Assembly: GCA_032718475.1 (NCBI GenBank)
Contig: JAUCBJ010000705.1
Location: 1-55,547 of the forward strand
From: Nemertoderma westbladi
Lineage: Eukaryota > Animalia > Xenacoelomorpha
Direction of reading: 5' to 3'
Length of the DNA: 55,547 nt
The position numbers and the translations under genes were made by a program. Positions 49,383 to 55,547 of this stretch are shown here, in pieces. The notes under the pieces are model-generated. The model searched no databases. It was given only the letters and a program-made list of their open reading frames with translations, and had not been told where the DNA came from. Every line of letters begins with the position of its first letter. Position 1 is the stretch's first letter.

Positions 49383-50638
49383 TGTACGCGCTTTTGAAGA
49401 CCTTTAGCAGTTTAACCTGCTAAATTTATATGTCTTTTGGTTTATAAATAGACTTTAGAAGATGACAAATATTTAATACCAATAAACACAACATTAGCAG
49501 AAGCCAGCCTAGTGCGCGTCCATTCACCCGCTGGATATACCCGGGGGGCTGGATTCTGAGGGCTTAGATTATTATTGTAGTGTAAGCTTACTGGATTGTA
49601 TTATTCGATTGATCGTTAATAATTAATTTCTGACTAATATTATTTACTTTCGGGAAATATTAACAGTTCCTTTAGGACGTGGCGCTCTATCTAGGTAAAC
49701 AGAGATATGACTTATACTAATCACAACGGCAAGTCGGTAAGGCTTATGATTCACGTATGAGGCGCATTCTTTAGGAAATGCTTAGTTATCAATCACAATC
49801 ATGCACACTACCGGTAAAACACAATATTGCCCACTAATTTGCCGACCGTCAATGATTTTTATCATATATAAAGAGAACAGCAACGGACCAATGTAGTGCT
49901 TATCTAATAGCATTAAATTCACTACAAACCACAACAATATAAGTCGCAATCGCTGTATATAACCCGCCTCTCTAACCTGTAGTGTATCAAGAAAATTGGG
50001 AAATTTGGGTTCTTTATATATGTTCTCCAAATAATATTCAACCAAAACACAACAGTAAACAGCATTAAGACGGTAAGTTAAGATATGATATGACAAGATG
50101 TGAACAAAGTATTGTTATGCATTGATATGAATCGATAACAGTCATACGCTCTATAATTTAAGCCTACTAATGTTTCTTCTAAAGTATGAAAACGAATTGA
50201 CTCTAGAGCCGTTGTTCCTGGCCTAGATAGCAATAACACAAAGTAAAAACAGTAAGACTGAACACTCTCCTTATGATCGGCCGAAAAGCTACACGTCGAC
50301 AGGAAAAATCGCTCTGATTGGCTCAAGCCAAACAAAGAACCATGCGTCCAATGGCTGTTTCCATGTCAGCAACCGGCTGTTAGATGTCGTAATATGAATC
50401 ATCACGGCCAAGCTGTGAAAGGCATTTGGTGCATTGCAGGTTTTTTGCCTTACTATGTCCGCTAAAACACGTATATAGCAGAATGACTTTTATGTCCGTT
50501 AAAACACCTGTAACGGTACCTTGCGGGCGAGGGGAATATATGTATAGTTAGAGAACCTTTTTAGAGTATTCCAGCGCCTGGGGGGAAACTGGGTTGCGAA
50601 GCAAAAGGGGCCAGTTATATCCCACAGAAGCTTTTACA
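49383..50638 (-). repeat. 3' LTR of BEL copy 2
   Basis: TGTACG...TTTACA, a diverged variant with a replaced block near 50060-50133; flanked by GAAGG (expected TSD). Confidence 0.95.
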
Positions 50639-50716
50639 CCGCTCCCAGAAAATGGGATTTGAGTCTATAAAATATACAAAATCACAGTTTCTAATATACG
50701 TAAATACTCTAAACAG

Positions 50717-52165
50717 TTAGTCTTTCTTGCGCGGACGGCGTTTACGCAGTTTTTTAAAGCTAGCCAGAGTCCTTTTCTCTTTGGGGCGAGCCACTTTACA
50801 AGGAGGGCTATAACTCCTGGGTGAAGGGTGCAATATGATTGCATCAGAGGGTGTAGGATTATGGTCGGTGTATCCGCCAGTCGAAGTACCGGGTTGATTG
50901 ACATCAACGTCCGGGGAGAGGGGTCTAACGGCTTTGAGAGCTCGTTTCAAGACAGCCGCTCTTACGGGTCCTTTACGAGTGGTCTGAACGAGGGCCGTGG
51001 GTGGACCATAGGCAGTTAGAAACCTCCGGGGTTTAATGGTCCTTTCCAACTCGCGTTCGCGGGCTCGGTATTCGTAAGGCCGTCGATGTACTTCCTGTAA
51101 CTCGGGGTGTGAGTTAACAAACAAGTCTCCATAGTCCGGATCCTGACGGATATAATTGATTAAGTTATAGGAATGAAGGTCGCTAGGATTAACACTCCTG
51201 AGAAATTTGCGTACGAATTTAGTTGAAATACATTCTCCGACGCGCTTCAGTAGTTCGTAACTCGATATGCGTGATTTCTGTTCGACAGAAGCGAATAGAT
51301 AAGGATGGAACGCATAAATTCCTTCGTAAGCGCGTCCAGGATAATAACGATGGCGCGAATCACAATGTAAATCAGCGTTCGCTTCCTAAGCTCTGATGTA
51401 ACGTAGTGTGATCATTTCATCTACGCTTTCCAAATCGTGATTAAAAGGGCAATCGAAACTGGCGTGTCCCTTTAGTTGACAATGGTGACATTGAGTCATA
51501 AATTGAGGGCAAACCGCAAAAATGTGCAAGTTATTGAGTCTGCAATACGCACAATAAATTTCCATCACCGGTTGTTCGTGGAAATAGGAACAGCGGAAGT
51601 TTGTGTCCATGGGCGTAACATGGTCTCTCGATGCGCATAACCGACAACGTTGCCGAGAAACATAGTTGGCATGGCGATAATTGTACGCAGTGAGACACTG
51701 TGGACCTTGATACCATTCTAGGATGTAATCGTTGTCGCTGTTCCGGGCGCGATAGGCTGAATCTCCTCAGATTCTAGGCATATTGGTTCGTCTTCCCAGT
51801 CTGTTACGAATAGAATTTTCGTGATCTATTCTCGGTTTATCGTTCCGACTCCGCTGGGTATGATATTTAAATAGAACCATTTCCCTTTCGGTGTCTACAT
51901 CGTCCGTATCATGTAAATCGATAGGATGGCCGGTAGTTAGGAAGTCCATATACGTACTATTACGATGCGTATAGCGAGCGGTGGATTTTCGATAGTCCAA
52001 TTCACGCGCAAGTTGCTCTTGGGACATCGGCGGTTCGATATAACGACCATCGTCCTCCGTAATGGTTGGATCGGCTTCACCGCGTATTAAGCTATCCACA
52101 AATGCTTGCAAAGGTAGAGTATATCGCTCCCTGCTACCAAGATCATCTTCTATCAACTCCGTCAT
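50717..52165 (-). pseudogene. Accessory genes of BEL copy 2 (deleted and with a premature stop)
   Basis: Homologous to 9990-12260; ~830-bp deletion at ~51797 and a TGG>TAG change at 51386. Confidence 0.8.
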
Positions 52166-53304
52166 ATCTGCTATCTGAGTTTATTAATATCAAATGAGTT
52201 TATATTTAGGCGAGCGGGCGTCGCTGCCTACTTCTCTTTGCCCCCGGACAGTGGGATTCTCAGCGCCGATGTACCGTCGTCGCGGTGTTTACGCCAACAT
52301 GTAGCAACATCACGACAACGATAACCGGCACAAGTCACTCCACTGTCCGTCCCAAAGGCTTGAATCCACTTTAGGTTCTTTCTATAGGAGAGTTGGGCTA
52401 CTTTCACAATTGCGACTAGCTACTGTAAACACACCTTAGCAGTAACATTCACCTATAAACGCACAAATTCCACACAACTGTCACCAATTGTACACATACA
52501 GGCCATTTGTCCGTTAGTCAGTGCCTTCCAGAATGTCACGTTATTACTGTGTATCCTTGGATACTAACAGTGTGCTATGTATTCTCTATGCTATGCAATG
52601 TGACAAGCTTTCTATTGTTCTCTTAACTTGCTTCTAATTCTAGCGTGGGTGTTGCTATGGTGACATTATGGAAAGCTAGCGGTAGAATTAGAGTAATTCT
52701 CATGCATACAGATCTGGGATGCTATTTAATAATAATTCTTTAATTGTCAATATCCTCTTTATATATGATTTTATTAATTTTATCGGCTATTGACTATATG
52801 TTGGAGATTCTCGCACTATAATGCACTCAATAGGATGAATCTCCGCTCCCATGATCTATTAATTAATGGAATTTTGGGGATGTTATAAATTGCATAAAAC
52901 GACAATTTATGAAATTCATTTAAAATATGAATTTAAATTTATTCCCATGAATTTTATTATTTGATGTTAAAATTGACACAATTTGATTCCAGAGCAGGTC
53001 TGGGGACATAGGATCCTTAATTCTATGAAATTTGTCCTTTAAGAGTATCGGTAAGTGCTGCGATATCTTAATTGACTAGAAATTTTAAAGGATCCGAATT
53101 TTACAGATTTTAATAAATATTAAATTAATATTTAAGATGGGCACCGATTTATTCCAGAACTTGTCTGGGGACGTTAACCACTGATTCTATAATTTGTCTT
53201 CAATTAAAGAAAACGATTATAATAAAATTACATAATAATACATACATAAATATAAATAAAAACAAATATAAAATGATACAGTCACACGCCCACTCCATAT
53301 GTTA

Positions 53305-55547
53305 TTACGTTATGGAGTCCCTAGATATTTGTTGGATTAGGGAAGTGGTCGTAGGAAGAGTATATTGCCTTCCATAGTTTCCGGACAGTTTTTGGTCTCT
53401 TTCCCGTAAACATAAACGACTAGCTGGGCGATTGAGTTGTTGTGTTACTTTCTCCGCTCCCTTGGCCTGTCTAATCTCCGCCGGGGTAAGATAAGGAGGC
53501 CATTCTTCTTCTTCTTTACTTAAGAAGTCGGATCCACCTAACCAGCCTGGAGTATCTATCAGTTCTTGAGGAGTTGCTCCTCTGGAAGCGATGTCGGCTG
53601 GATTAATCGTCCCAAGGCAATGTCTCCATTGATCTACATTGGAGTTAATATCGTCATTATCTGAGGAGTATGGTGTTCCCTCAGTTGGATCGTCCACATC
53701 ACTGCTCTCCACTTCCCATTCCTTTACTTGGTATACCTGTTGTTGAGGTAATCTCTCTTTGAGAGTTCTACGGGAAGGGCCAGTGAAGTACCAACCTACT
53801 CTAGTTCTTACCGCATAGGTTTGTAGTGGCTGCGGTTGAGCAGGCCGTTTCTCCAATGTCTCGAGCGCCTCATGCGCGTTTTGGCCGATGAGTATTTGCA
53901 CTCCAGGATAATCTGTCTGGAATCGAGGTATCTTAAGATGTTGGATGCTCTCATCCTCGTCCCAATTATAAAGGTCTGCTTGGGTAGCAGCGAAGTTCTT
54001 TATAGCCACCATTTTTACCGACCTTATACCTTGTGCTCCTAATTTATCCTGGGGGGTGGACAACACACCTACATAGTAGTCTGCCGTTAGGGTAGATTTC
54101 CAAACCTGCATAATTCCTGACATATTCAATTTAGTCCGGAATTTGGGTTGTCCAGCAAAAATATCTTCGGCTAGTTCTTGATCGATGAATGTTCCTGTGC
54201 TGCCGGAGTCAAGGAGGGCGTTCACTATGTAACTTTTGTTAGGACCATGAACTCTTACCTGCACTACAGGAAATTCTCTGATTCCTACGTTGGAAGTTGG
54301 AGCTTTCCAAGATGGTTGTTTGGCAAAAGTAGTTGGGGGAAACTCATTGTTGGTGTCCTTTTCATAAGTAAGTGCTCGATACACTGAGGTATTTATTAGG
54401 TAACAGGATTCGTTGGCGTCGGAGAATTCGTCAGTATAGAATCCTTCCATCTCAGACTCTTGATCAGTGTCATTTACATCACTGAATTGGACATGTAGTT
54501 CGGGCTCACTTACCTGACTCGGGTTGTCTCGTTCGAACTCACTGTGTAACAAGATGTGATGTTTCGCGCCACACTTTGCACACTTTACGTCGGAGTAACA
54601 GGTTCGCCGTTGGTGTCCTGATCTGAGGCAATTATAGCATAACCGCTTATTCCACAGGACTGTGCGTCTGTCTACAGGGGATTTCTTTAGAAATTCAGCA
54701 CACGCACTCAAACGGTGGATCCCGTCGCACAGCGCACAGTTAGGTTTTATGTTACTCACTTTACCTTGGGTAACTTGATGCACTCTCGTTTTTTCTTCGG
54801 GTTTTCTTCGGTGCATTCTGTTAGGAGACTGAGGGGGGGTCTTGGCAACCTGTTCTCTCCTATCGTTGTTTCGAGCCTTGTATTTACTTACATCTTTTGA
54901 GGTTTTGTCAACGTAGCAAGATCTCTCAGTGTCTTTCCCGCTGTCCTCTTCTTGAGAAGCTTGGCTTTCGCCGTCGTCAGTGTAACACACCGGTGTTACT
55001 CTTCTCCTAGAAGCGGGTTTCTCACTTACCTTATTTTCCGATGTTTTCTCTCTGGACTGCTTGATGAGTTGTAGTTTTACCTCACCATCTAAGAAGGACA
55101 TGAGATCAGCCATGGTAGGACTTCGTCGTTGTTGTTCATTCATGTACAACACTTTCTTGTCCCAGCGTGTACATACTCCACCCTTTGGTAAAGTAGAGAC
55201 TACTGCTCCAATAACCATTGAACTCTGATATTCATGAGACTTACCTAACCAGTCCAATTGTCTACAGATCTCCTGAATTTCATCGGAAAACTCTATAATC
55301 CCGCTACTAAGGAAGTGTCGGGGGGCTACTAATTTTGCATACAAATACTTAGCTATGTTATCCTTGTTACCATACCTGATGTTTAATGTATCCCATACTT
55401 GTCTTAATCCTTCTGGATGTCCAATAAACTTTAACGCCATTAACTTGGGAGGTCCTTCCAAGCACTTGATGAGGAACCTAAGTTTCTCTCCGTTAGATAG
55501 CACAGAGTTCTGTATGCTGTCTTTGTAATATTCGTTGAAAGGTAACC
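53305..55547 (-). CDS. gag: Gag-protease polyprotein fused in frame to RNase H and integrase tail remnants (5'-partial)
   Basis: Uninterrupted frame of at least 732 aa across two deletion junctions, ending at the native stop position. Confidence 0.85.
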   Translation of the reverse strand, partial: LPFNEYYKDSIQNSVLSNGEKLRFLIKCLEGPPKLMALKFIGHPEGLRQVWDTLNIRYGNKDNIAKYLYAKLVAPRHFLSSGIIEFSDEIQEICRQLDWLGKSHEYQSSMVIGAVVSTLPKGGVCTRWDKKVLYMNEQQRRSPTMADLMSFLDGEVKLQLIKQSREKTSENKVSEKPASRRRVTPVCYTDDGESQASQEEDSGKDTERSCYVDKTSKDVSKYKARNNDRREQVAKTPPQSPNRMHRRKPEEKTRVHQVTQGKVSNIKPNCALCDGIHRLSACAEFLKKSPVDRRTVLWNKRLCYNCLRSGHQRRTCYSDVKCAKCGAKHHILLHSEFERDNPSQVSEPELHVQFSDVNDTDQESEMEGFYTDEFSDANESCYLINTSVYRALTYEKDTNNEFPPTTFAKQPSWKAPTSNVGIREFPVVQVRVHGPNKSYIVNALLDSGSTGTFIDQELAEDIFAGQPKFRTKLNMSGIMQVWKSTLTADYYVGVLSTPQDKLGAQGIRSVKMVAIKNFAATQADLYNWDEDESIQHLKIPRFQTDYPGVQILIGQNAHEALETLEKRPAQPQPLQTYAVRTRVGWYFTGPSRRTLKERLPQQQVYQVKEWEVESSDVDDPTEGTPYSSDNDDINSNVDQWRHCLGTINPADIASRGATPQELIDTPGWLGGSDFLSKEEEEWPPYLTPAEIRQAKGAEKVTQQLNRPASRLCLRERDQKLSGNYGRQYTLPTTTSLIQQISRDSIT

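Larger units (their letters stand above)
49383..55547 (-). mobile_element. BEL/Pao copy 2, internally deleted (non-autonomous); continues beyond the right edge
   Basis: Same family as copy 1; lacks RT, most of RNase H, the integrase core and parts of the 3' region. Confidence 0.95.

Overview
Eukaryotic (animal, probably invertebrate) genomic DNA made almost entirely of nested mobile elements; no host gene, rRNA, complete tRNA or CRISPR array is recognisable. Left: the end of a Polinton/Maverick (adintovirus-like) element on + (small basic protein, major capsid protein, adenain protease, TIR ending ...ACTACTACT at 3384). From about 3385 to 34790 lies a second related Polinton on the - strand. 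It is broken by four insertions that can each be removed cleanly: a Helentron-type HINE (5959-7441), a full-length 16.8 kb BEL/Pao LTR retrotransposon (8665-25485, TSD TAAAC), a CR1/L2-group LINE (27023-28803, 15-bp TSD) and a 2 kb TIR element (32404-34416, TSD TACA). Removing them restores the protein-primed PolB frame at both junctions and reveals a hidden ~168-aa TATA-binding-protein-like gene, followed by an array of tRNA T-loop/B-box motifs. The BEL element carries extra 3' genes, including a triple zinc-knuckle protein showing synonymous-only divergence between two copies, and has no tRNA PBS but a possible self-priming site. Right: degenerate CR1 and RTE LINEs, Transib and BEL fragments, a 36-bp satellite, and a second, internally deleted BEL copy. 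All family assignments come from motif recognition by eye; no searches were run.
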